A stretch of DNA of 41,385 nt from Rhizobiaceae bacterium. Its GTDB lineage: Bacteria > Pseudomonadota > Alphaproteobacteria > Rhizobiales > Rhizobiaceae. Shown one piece after another: positions 28,853 through 37,067 of this stretch; positions within the stretch are counted from its first letter, which is position 1; each line of letters starts with the position of its first letter. The DNA is taken from the NCBI GenBank assembly GCA_017644105.1, contig JAEPMD010000028.1, positions 1-41,385 on the forward strand, in the 5' to 3' direction. The position numbers and the translations under genes are program-made. A model generated the notes under the pieces. It worked only from the letters and a program-made list of their open reading frames with translations. It was not told the DNA's origin and searched no databases.

Positions 28853-30742
28853 ATGAGCGAGAACATAGAAAACGCAGAAATTACATTTGATGATTTCGAC
28901 GAAATGATCAATCCATCACCTGAGGTGACAGATTTTGATAGTGTCGTGGAAGAATCTATTAGCCGCCGCGGTTTTTTAGGTGGCGTTCTGGCATTTGGTA
29001 GTTTTGCTGTTATGAATTCTGGATTTGTTGGCGAAGCCAAGGCTGCAGATAATCGATTTGCATTTGATCAAATTGCGATCAGCACGGAAGCTGCGATCAA
29101 AGTTGCACCAGGCTATAAGTCAGAAGTTGTTGTTCGTTGGGGAGATCCACTCTTCTCCGATGTTCCTGAATTTGATCACGCAACACGCGGTACAGCTGAA
29201 AGCCAAGCGCGTGCTTTTGGTGACAATATCGATGGCATGGAAGTTTTCGCCCATGATGGCAAATTGATCTATGTGGCCAATAATGAATATACCAACCGCT
29301 CCATCATCTGGGGCAATAATCCAGATGGCAAAGCTGCAAACGACGATGACATTGCCAAAGGTAAGATGGCACACGGCCTAACAGTTGTTGAGATCGCCAA
29401 AGGTGAAAATGGCTGGGATATTGTCAAAGATAGCCCCTATAACCGCCGCATCACACCAGATACTGAGATGGCTTTGACAGGCCCGGCTGCTGGTCATGAC
29501 CTTGTAAAAACAGACGCTGATCCAACAGGCACCGTCTCTTTGGGTACATGGAACAATTGCGGGAACGGCATGACACCTTGGGGCACTTACCTGGCATGTG
29601 AAGAGAACTTTAACGGCTATTTCTCTGCAAGTGATGAAGACCATAAAGTCTCCGCCGAACTCAAGCGCTATGGCGTGTCGTCAAAAGACTGGGGTTACGG
29701 CTGGGCGAAAATCGATGATCGCTTTAATGTTCAGAAGAACCCAAATGAGCCAAACCGCGCAGGTTATGTGGTTGAACTTGATCCACGCGACCCAACGTCA
29801 ACGCCGAAAAAGCGCACAGCGCTTGGTCGTTTCAAACATGAAAACGCTGAAGCTGTTGTCAATAATGATGGCCGCGTTGTGATTTATATGGGTGATGATG
29901 AGCGCGGTGAATTTTTATATCGTTATGTCTCGGATGGTGTTTTCGCGCCTGGAGCTGATACAGATGATTTGATGGAAAATGGCACGCTTTATGCAGCCAA
30001 ATTCGATCCTGCTGGTTCTGGTAAATGGCTTGAATTGTCCCCGGAGGCAACCGGCATGTCCAAAGCTGAGATCTGCATTCACACGCGTATCGCCGCTTCA
30101 AAAGTAGGCGCAACAACGATGGACCGTCCGGAATGGGTCACCTCAAATCCGAACGCGTCGGAAGTTTATTGTGCGCTCACGAACAACAAGAACCGTGGTA
30201 TTAAACCAAATGCAGGTGGTGACCTTACTCCTGTTGAAGGCCCGAACCCACGCGAGGGCAATCCTTATGGTCAGATCGTACGTTGGAAACCAGCTGGCTC
30301 TGATCATACAGCGGATACATTTGCCTGGGATTTATATTGCTTGGCGGGCAATCCAGACGTGCATGATGATGCGCTTGCGGGCTCACCCAATATTAATGCG
30401 GACAATATGTTCAATTCACCCGATGGCTTGAAGTTTGATTCAAACGGTCTTTTGTGGATCCAAACAGATGGCAATTACAAAAACGAAGAGAACTTCGCCG
30501 GTCACGGTAATAACCAAATGCTGGCAGGCGATCCGGTAACGGGTGAAATTCGCCGCTTCCTTGTTGGCCCAAAAGAATGCGAAGTCACCGGGCTCACATG
30601 GTCACCTGATCGTCGCACAATGTTTGTTGGCATTCAACATCCGGGTGAACGCGGTGACAGCCATTGGCCAGAAGGTGGTGATGCTGTGCCACGTTCCGCA
30701 TTGATTGCTATTACCCGCGAAGATGGCGGCTTGGTGGGTTAA
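28853..30742 (+). CDS. phoX: PhoX-family alkaline phosphatase (DUF839), Tat-exported
   Basis: 629 aa. Tat motif SRRGFLGGVLAFG after an acidic 35-aa n-region. Conserved PhoX block NNCGNGMTPWGTYLACEEN. RBS GAGGAG before the ATG. Confidence 0.8.
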   Translation: MSENIENAEITFDDFDEMINPSPEVTDFDSVVEESISRRGFLGGVLAFGSFAVMNSGFVGEAKAADNRFAFDQIAISTEAAIKVAPGYKSEVVVRWGDPLFSDVPEFDHATRGTAESQARAFGDNIDGMEVFAHDGKLIYVANNEYTNRSIIWGNNPDGKAANDDDIAKGKMAHGLTVVEIAKGENGWDIVKDSPYNRRITPDTEMALTGPAAGHDLVKTDADPTGTVSLGTWNNCGNGMTPWGTYLACEENFNGYFSASDEDHKVSAELKRYGVSSKDWGYGWAKIDDRFNVQKNPNEPNRAGYVVELDPRDPTSTPKKRTALGRFKHENAEAVVNNDGRVVIYMGDDERGEFLYRYVSDGVFAPGADTDDLMENGTLYAAKFDPAGSGKWLELSPEATGMSKAEICIHTRIAASKVGATTMDRPEWVTSNPNASEVYCALTNNKNRGIKPNAGGDLTPVEGPNPREGNPYGQIVRWKPAGSDHTADTFAWDLYCLAGNPDVHDDALAGSPNINADNMFNSPDGLKFDSNGLLWIQTDGNYKNEENFAGHGNNQMLAGDPVTGEIRRFLVGPKECEVTGLTWSPDRRTMFVGIQHPGERGDSHWPEGGDAVPRSALIAITREDGGLVG

Positions 30743-30756
30743 TTCCACAATCACTC

Positions 30757-30796
30757 AAAAAATATGCCGGCTAAGTTATCTTAGCCGGCACGTTTA
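30757..30796. terminator. bidirectional rho-independent terminator
   Basis: AAAAAATAT-GCCGGCTAAG-ttat-CTTAGCCGGC-ACGTTT: a perfect 10-bp stem between convergent phoX and sqdC. Confidence 0.75.
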
Positions 30797-30803
30797 ACGA
30801 GTA

Positions 30804-31706
30804 CTAAATCCAAGAAAAATCAAGTTTGCCTCTGGGTTTCCAGCCCAGTGATTTCAGTCGTGTACAATCCATGGCATTATAGTGATCGGCGTTTGCGCGA
30901 ACCGGAAGATAATCTTTGCTCAATTGCTTCACATCCGCATAGGTTTCCCACAATTCACGACGATCGAGCAAGATATCAGAGACATTGAAGATTGGCGCAA
31001 TTTCCTCAGATGCTGCACGTCTGATGTCATCTGCTGATGCATCCAGCAAAAGTCCCACAGCATTGGCGAGATCCTCGCCATAAACTTCAGTACCGACCCT
31101 TGGTGCTATCTCTTTGCCATTGTCAAAATCATGAAATAACTCCGTCCATTTATGTTTAAGTGGCCGCTTGGCGGGGCCATAAACGCCTGTTGCGCGCAAA
31201 ATGATGGGAAGAAAATTCTCACCTGCGAGATCTTCAAGCGCGCGTTCGGTTCTAAGTTTCACTTCGCCATAAAGCGTATCTGGTTTGGGTTCTTGTGTTT
31301 CGTGTAAATTCACGCCCGGTTCCTGCGTGCCATAAACAGCGCGGCTGGACAGAAATATCGCGCGCGGCACACAAGCAGCTTTCACCGCATTAAACAATTG
31401 CATGGAACCATCATGGTTGAGGTGCATAAATGCATCAGGATCATCACCCTCGCCACCACGATATTTTCCGGGTACATGATGAAATGCTGCATGCACAAAA
31501 CCATCGCAACCTGAAAAAACACTTGGATCATAATCCGTCTGAGACAAAGACATGGATTGAAATAAAACCGGCTTGCTGAAAAAATCTGGTCGTGGGGCTT
31601 TGCGACCCAAAATGAGCACTTGGTGGCCTGCTTCTAGGAGCCCCTCCACAATGAAGCGTCCGACATAGCCCGAAGCACCGCTGACGATAATCCGCTTAGC
31701 TGTCAT
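30804..31706 (-). CDS. sqdC: NAD-dependent epimerase/dehydratase-family protein, SqdC-like by operon position
   Basis: IIVSGASGYVGRFIVEGL Rossmann motif. ~300 aa. Third gene after sqdB and sqdD, as in the Rhodobacter/Sinorhizobium sqd operons. Confidence 0.6.
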   Translation of the reverse strand: MTAKRIIVSGASGYVGRFIVEGLLEAGHQVLILGRKAPRPDFFSKPVLFQSMSLSQTDYDPSVFSGCDGFVHAAFHHVPGKYRGGEGDDPDAFMHLNHDGSMQLFNAVKAACVPRAIFLSSRAVYGTQEPGVNLHETQEPKPDTLYGEVKLRTERALEDLAGENFLPIILRATGVYGPAKRPLKHKWTELFHDFDNGKEIAPRVGTEVYGEDLANAVGLLLDASADDIRRAASEEIAPIFNVSDILLDRRELWETYADVKQLSKDYLPVRANADHYNAMDCTRLKSLGWKPRGKLDFSWI

Positions 31707-32539
31707 TGGTTATTTTCTGTTTGAGGGTTTGGCAAATTATCTATATCCGGAATATCTTTCCCAGAATAATAAGCCCGCCACAAATCAATCAATAGACTCA
31801 ATTGTTGTGATTTTGGATGCTCGGATTGCCAGGGTTTTTCATATTGATAATGAACAATGTGAACGGATTTCCAATCCCACAATTCTGGCAAATTGAACCA
31901 GACATATTGCAGCATGTTGAAGAATACCGGCAGCCCATGCCAGTCTTTAAAGTAATGCTCCAAAAAGCTCTGGTCCGTGCGGCGCCAATAGGCTTCGGGT
32001 TGATCAAGTTCTGCGAGCATCGCTTCAAATGTGCGTATCGATGGCGTTGCAACAAACACACCAGAATTTAAGCGATGAAAATCCGCCAAGGTCTCATAAA
32101 CATTTGGCGCTGCAGAAAATTCAGGATAGCCAAATAGTTTATCAATATTGCGAACGACAATCGTATCTGCATCTAAAAATACCACACGATCATATTCATC
32201 CATCTCCCACAATCGAAGCTTGATGAAATTATCCAATGGTGTGTGAAACTGTGGTTTCTCGCCCTTTAAAAAGGGTGATTTTGTATGGATTTTTTTCTTG
32301 GCATGACGCTGATTAAACGCCTCTGACATTGGCAAATGAGACACCCGCTGCAATTGCGCCCCAAGCGCGTCCAGTGGTTCAAGAGCGCTTTGCGGAACAG
32401 CGTCTGTATATAGCACGACAATCGCAGCTTCAGAGCCCGACAATAAGATAGAGCGGACAAGCGCGACCGCTGCCATGGCATAGTCGCTATTGGTCACCAA
32501 TGTCACATAGGCATGTTTTTCAGGCATGTTATGAGACAA
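31703..32539 (-). CDS. sqdD: GT8 glycogenin-like glycosyltransferase, SqdD-like (SQDG synthase)
   Basis: GT8 motifs AYVTLVTNSDY, KLRLWEMDEYDRVVFLDADTIV (DxD), LNSGVFV. Overlaps the sqdB stop. Confidence 0.7.
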   Translation of the reverse strand: MSHNMPEKHAYVTLVTNSDYAMAAVALVRSILLSGSEAAIVVLYTDAVPQSALEPLDALGAQLQRVSHLPMSEAFNQRHAKKKIHTKSPFLKGEKPQFHTPLDNFIKLRLWEMDEYDRVVFLDADTIVVRNIDKLFGYPEFSAAPNVYETLADFHRLNSGVFVATPSIRTFEAMLAELDQPEAYWRRTDQSFLEHYFKDWHGLPVFFNMLQYVWFNLPELWDWKSVHIVHYQYEKPWQSEHPKSQQLSLLIDLWRAYYSGKDIPDIDNLPNPQTENNQ

Positions 32540-33761
32540 TTTTTAGGCCAAGATTTTCCGGGTCCGTTTCAACGGTTTTGGCAATGTCTTTGGTCCAGGC
32601 GGACGCTGCAGGAATACGACTGCGATCGACGCGGTATGAGAATTTCTTCGCCACTTCGAGCACCTCGTCCAACAAACCTTCCTCAAGCGTAATTGGATTT
32701 AAACCCAGTTCAAGGAATTGATCGTTCTTCACAACGAGATCGTTTTCAACCGCTTCCTTGCGTGGATTAGGCAGATAAGCGATTTGCGCACCCGTTAGTT
32801 TTGAAATCAACTCTGCCAGATCGCGCACGCGATGCGTTTCAGTCATTTGGTTAAAGATGCGCACCTGGTCGCCTGCTTTTGGCGCTTCATCGAGTGCAAG
32901 CTCAATACAACGAACTGAATCTTGAATATGGATAAAGGCGCGCGTCTGACCGCCTGTGCCATGGACAGTCAATGGAAAATCGATCGCGGCTTGGATCAGG
33001 AAGCGGTTCAAAACTGTTCCATAATCACCGTCATAATCAAAACGGTTGATCAATTGCGGGTGTTTGCGTGTTTGCTCTGTATGCGTCCCCCAAACAATGC
33101 CCTGATGAAGATCAGTAATACGCAGCTGGTCGTTCTTCGCATAGAACTGAAACAACAGCTGATCCAGACATTTCGTCATGTGATAGATCGAACCAGGATT
33201 GGCCGGATATAAAATATCCTGCTGTTTCACCTCGCCATCCATGGTTTTTATGCCAACTGGTAGATATCCTTCTGGAATAGCGGCGCCAACTGTTGAATAA
33301 CCATATACACCCATAGTGCCGAGATGCACCAAATGCGCGTCTAGACCAACCTCAACCATCGCGCTTAAGAGATTATGCGTACCGTTGACATTATTGTTGA
33401 CGGTATAGTTTTTATGCCGATCGGTTTTCATGGAATAAGGTGCAGCGCGCTGTTCGGCAAAATGCACAATAGCGTCAGGACGGTGCTCTGCCAGCCAGTT
33501 TTTTAATACATCATAATCTTTGGCAAGATCAATGAGATGAAAATGAATGCGACGGCCCGTTTCAGCATGCCAAATACGTGTGCGTTCCTGAATAGAATCC
33601 ATTGGGGTCAGCGACTGAACACCCAGCTCTGTATCAATCCAGCGGCGTGAGAGATTGTCGATGATATGAACATCGTGGCCTTTTTCAGATAAATGAAGTG
33701 ATGTTGGCCAACCCACAAAGCCATCTCCACCAAGAACTGCGATTTTCATATCATTCTCCAA
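32529..33761 (-). CDS. sqdB: UDP-sulfoquinovose synthase
   Basis: Strong resemblance to SQD1/SqdB throughout (IAVLGGDGFVGWPTSLHLS, HFAEQRAAPYSM, VHLGTMGVYGY, YHMTKCLD). ~410 aa. Confidence 0.9.
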   Translation of the reverse strand: MENDMKIAVLGGDGFVGWPTSLHLSEKGHDVHIIDNLSRRWIDTELGVQSLTPMDSIQERTRIWHAETGRRIHFHLIDLAKDYDVLKNWLAEHRPDAIVHFAEQRAAPYSMKTDRHKNYTVNNNVNGTHNLLSAMVEVGLDAHLVHLGTMGVYGYSTVGAAIPEGYLPVGIKTMDGEVKQQDILYPANPGSIYHMTKCLDQLLFQFYAKNDQLRITDLHQGIVWGTHTEQTRKHPQLINRFDYDGDYGTVLNRFLIQAAIDFPLTVHGTGGQTRAFIHIQDSVRCIELALDEAPKAGDQVRIFNQMTETHRVRDLAELISKLTGAQIAYLPNPRKEAVENDLVVKNDQFLELGLNPITLEEGLLDEVLEVAKKFSYRVDRSRIPAASAWTKDIAKTVETDPENLGLKIVS

Positions 33762-33947
33762 TCAGATATTAACAACGCGGTCTCAATAACAGGCTTTTTT
33801 GACAGAATGAAGATAGTCACGTCGACAATCTTATTTACAACCCATTATTTGTGGATGGGTAACAGATCGCAACGCGCGCTTTAGACACAACCTCATAATT
33901 TTGTGGTGCTAACTTTGAGATTCGACCAAGTGCGCCAACTAAACTTT

Positions 33948-33976
33948 CAAAAGAAAGGCCCCCAAAATGGAGGCCA
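33948..33976 (-). terminator. rho-independent terminator after the Amt-MCP gene
   Basis: Minus strand: GGCCTCC-atttt-GGGGGCC followed by TTTCTTTTG. It separates the Amt-MCP gene from the sqd operon. Confidence 0.6.
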
Positions 33977-34009
33977 TTCTAACGTTTGGATTATTGGTCA
34001 CCTTAGTGA

Positions 34010-36622
34010 TTAAGCCGCTGCAACATTCGCCGCTTCATCCTCGGTTTCAAAATGAGATACATCATTATGAAGAGCCGCAGAGAAACTCCTTAACAAACTT
34101 GTCACCTCTGATGTTTTGCGCGCTTCGCCGAGCGTTGACTGCATCAGCTCTTCGATATCATCCACAAGACGTTTTATGGCGGAGATATTTTGCGTATCAG
34201 ACTTCGACGCTTGGCTTATTTCAGAGATGATTTCAGCCGAATTTTGCGCGACATCTGTGATTTGACCCAGCGAGTTTTTGATCTCATCCATCACAGTTAC
34301 TCCGCCCTGGATCAAGACATTATTCTCTTTCATGATATCTCCGATTTCCTGCGAAAGATCAGCGACACGGATTGAAAGATCGCGAATTTCCTGTGCAACA
34401 ACAGCAAATCCCTTGCCTGATTCTCCAGCCCGCGCCGCTTCAACGGCTGCATTAAGCGCAAGAATATTGGTCTGGAACGCAACGTCGTCCACGAGCTCGA
34501 TAAACTTTTGCGCTTTTTCAGACGATTCTTTGATCTGATGCATGCTTTGTAAAGCAGCATTTGCTTTTTCATGAGACATGCCGGAAAGCTTGCTCGTTTC
34601 CGAAGCCGCTAAAGACGCATCCTCTGCATTTTTGGCCGTGCCATAAATTGCAGATTCCATCTCAGTCAATCGTTGGGTGGACTCATTGATTTTAGCGCCT
34701 TGAATTTCAGACTGATTTCGTACTTTCGAGGCTGTTTCATCCAACTGACCTGCAGATCCGTCAATTTCTTTTGAACTTGAACTGATCGTATTGATGACTT
34801 TCGTCATTTTGGATGTGGCCTCATTATAGGACAGTCTAATATCGGCAAAGTCGCCTTGGGCATCCTGCATCTCGACGGTTTTAAGACGGCCATTTGCAAG
34901 CTCTGAGAGGGAGACCTTCATATCCCCCACAACATTTGATGTTGCGTCAAGCAGTCCATTTAAGCCCTCCGAGATGGTTTTGATCACACCCGTTTTGCCT
35001 TCAAGATCCATGCGACCTGCGAGCTGACCTTTTCGTGCCGCATCGATGATTTTAGAAATTTGCATAACGGCATGCTTTTCCTGTTCCGCATAGGCCGCGC
35101 GTTCGGCAGCATCACGGCTCTTGGCTTTTTCTTCATCCTCCAAATTATTGAGTAGAAGATTAAATAATTCCGCAAGCTCACCAGCTTCATCACCTGGCTC
35201 CACCTTTAAGCGCGTGCCAAGATCAGCATCGCCTGTCACCAAAGTTGCAAGCACTTTTTGCAATTCACCCGTTCCCAAAGACGCGCCATGCTCTGCAACA
35301 TTTAACCCATCATGCTCTTCTTCTTGGGTCACGCGCAATCCAACGACGATATCCACCAATTTAAAGACGATAAATGCAAGTGGGAAAGCCCATGCAAATG
35401 CCACTGCGACACCTTGCGCCTGAACGAGGAACTGATCCCAGCGTGTTGCGGCCACAAGATTTTCCTGCGTTGCAAATACAGCCACAAGCAATGTGCCAAC
35501 CACGCCACCGATCCCGTGAACTGAGACCGCGCCAACGGCGTCATCAAGCTTGAAGAACCTTAGCAAAATTTCTTCGCTGGCGACGACACACATGCCACAT
35601 AACAGGCCAATAATTGCAGCGCCTTGCGGGTCGACCGCAAAACAGCCAGCCGTAATACCAACTAGACCACCAAGCAAACCATTGATCGAACGCGTTGGAT
35701 TATAAAGTCCATCGTAAAAACGACCGATAAACATGGCCGCAATACCGCCAAATGCAGCGGCGATGACCGTGTTTGCCACAACACGGGCAAAGTCGGGTGT
35801 GCCTGCGGTTGTGGAACCACCATTAAAACCGATCCAACCGACGAGTAGCACAATAGCGCCACCTGCAGATAGCACTGTCGAGTAGCCTTGAATTTCAATC
35901 GGTTTTCCATCTTTGCCAAAGCGGCCAAATCGCGCACCCATGACAACAATACCAGCAAGACCAACCCAAGCACCTACGGAATGCACGACGGTGGAACCTG
36001 CAAAATCAATAAAGCCAGCATCTGCAAGCCAAGCCGGATTATCGCCTATGAGCAGATTGCCCCATGCCCAATGGCCGTATACCGGATAGATAAATGCGGC
36101 GATGACGATGGAAATTAAAAGATAACCGCCAAATTTCATCCGTTCGGCCACTACGCCTGACACAATGGTGGCTGCCGTGCCGACAAACACGGCTTGGAAG
36201 ACAAAGAATGTATAGGGCCATTCTTCCATCTTGTTGAACATGCCAAGCTCGGACACGCTGCCCAGCCACCCGCTTTCGCTCGCGCCAAACATGATACCAA
36301 AACCAAAGAGATAGAATACGACGACTGCAAGGAAGAAATCTGAAATATTCTTCTGCGCAACATTGATCGAGTTCTTTGAACGCACCATACCAGCTTCAAG
36401 AAGCAAGAATCCAAACTGCATCATCAACACCAGCGCTGCCGCGGTCATCGTCCAAATATGATCTGAATTTGTTTGTTGCGCTTCAATTTGCGTCTGAAGT
36501 TCTGCAGCCCAATCGGCCAATTGTTCTGTTGCTGCCATTGCAGCATCAGCGGTGAAAAGAGCGACCATTAAAAAAAACGAAAAAAACGAAAAAAACGAAG
36601 ATTTTACAAAAGAAATACTCAT
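34010..36622 (-). CDS. single-chain fusion: Amt/MEP ammonium transporter domain + HAMP + methyl-accepting chemotaxis signalling domain (putative ammonium transceptor chemoreceptor)
   Basis: Amt part (~aa 62-445 of the 880-aa ORF): signal peptide, 11 TM helices, Amt signature [26 protein letters not shown], twin His (VVHSVG, SVHGIGG), C-terminal region [21 protein letters not shown] (~aa 462-505): [40 protein letters not shown] core (~aa 724-765): [35 protein letters not shown], with heptad-rich flanks. Start is either 36652 (MSIYK) or, preferred, 36622 (MSISF, preceded by AGGGTTGGAG). Confidence 0.85.
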   Translation of the reverse strand: MSISFVKSSFFSFFSFFLMVALFTADAAMAATEQLADWAAELQTQIEAQQTNSDHIWTMTAAALVLMMQFGFLLLEAGMVRSKNSINVAQKNISDFFLAVVVFYLFGFGIMFGASESGWLGSVSELGMFNKMEEWPYTFFVFQAVFVGTAATIVSGVVAERMKFGGYLLISIVIAAFIYPVYGHWAWGNLLIGDNPAWLADAGFIDFAGSTVVHSVGAWVGLAGIVVMGARFGRFGKDGKPIEIQGYSTVLSAGGAIVLLVGWIGFNGGSTTAGTPDFARVVANTVIAAAFGGIAAMFIGRFYDGLYNPTRSINGLLGGLVGITAGCFAVDPQGAAIIGLLCGMCVVASEEILLRFFKLDDAVGAVSVHGIGGVVGTLLVAVFATQENLVAATRWDQFLVQAQGVAVAFAWAFPLAFIVFKLVDIVVGLRVTQEEEHDGLNVAEHGASLGTGELQKVLATLVTGDADLGTRLKVEPGDEAGELAELFNLLLNNLEDEEKAKSRDAAERAAYAEQEKHAVMQISKIIDAARKGQLAGRMDLEGKTGVIKTISEGLNGLLDATSNVVGDMKVSLSELANGRLKTVEMQDAQGDFADIRLSYNEATSKMTKVINTISSSSKEIDGSAGQLDETASKVRNQSEIQGAKINESTQRLTEMESAIYGTAKNAEDASLAASETSKLSGMSHEKANAALQSMHQIKESSEKAQKFIELVDDVAFQTNILALNAAVEAARAGESGKGFAVVAQEIRDLSIRVADLSQEIGDIMKENNVLIQGGVTVMDEIKNSLGQITDVAQNSAEIISEISQASKSDTQNISAIKRLVDDIEELMQSTLGEARKTSEVTSLLRSFSAALHNDVSHFETEDEAANVAAA
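36570..36597 (-). repeat. 3 tandem copies of 9-nt unit CGTTTTTTT (coding strand) giving (SFF)x3 in the signal peptide; homopolymeric T7/T7/T8 tracts
   Basis: Read directly: plus strand A8CG-A7CG-A7CG. Confidence 0.9.
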
Positions 36623-36839
36623 AGCTCCAACCCTAGTCTTATAAATTGACATGCAAAAGCAGGCTACGGCATCATACCAGCGTAAAATTACGCCCCTAAA
36701 TCCTAGTTATTTCGATTAAACCTTAATTAACTATGAAGACAAACCACGTGATTCCACGGTTTGAACAAGAAAACCATCCGAAATACAATCCAGAATTTTG
36801 ATACTATTTATCTCAAAATTTATAAGCGCAATTTTAAGT

Positions 36840-36935
36840 TGTTGAATATCTTGTCTGCACTAGGAGGTCACAAGCATATCTGAAGTGCTTCTCTCCCGAC
36901 CCATTCACATTACCGAGAGGGATTTGGATATTCAA
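36840..36935. repeat. perfect 12-bp inverted repeat TTGTTGAATATC ... GATATTCAACAA separated by 72 bp in the Amt-MCP / flotillin-like divergent intergenic region
   Basis: Read directly. Arms at 36840-36851 and 36924-36935. Confidence 0.85.
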
Positions 36936-37067
36936 CAAGACCCCACATACAAATAGTCGTGGACAAAAATTTATGAACACGCATTTCGTGTAATCACGGC
37001 TTGCGGTTCGTTGGACACATAGGATATTTCCCATACTGATAAAACGACCACTCTTTAAGGAAATATC

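Noticed and set aside
36570-36600. short tandem repeats considered as a possible CRISPR or minisatellite
   Set aside because: Only three 9-nt units inside a coding signal peptide. No spacers and no cas genes. Reported instead as an in-frame coding repeat.
36653-36840. sigma-54 / NtrC promoter upstream of the Amt-domain gene
   Set aside because: I searched the reverse complement for GG-N10-GC (TGGCAC-N5-TTGCA). Only an isolated TTGCAT is present without a correctly spaced GG, so no call.
36834-37034. 66-aa minus-strand ORF inside the Amt-MCP/flotillin intergenic region
   Set aside because: Cys-rich low-complexity translation of a regulatory region with no start context. It overlaps the inverted repeat.
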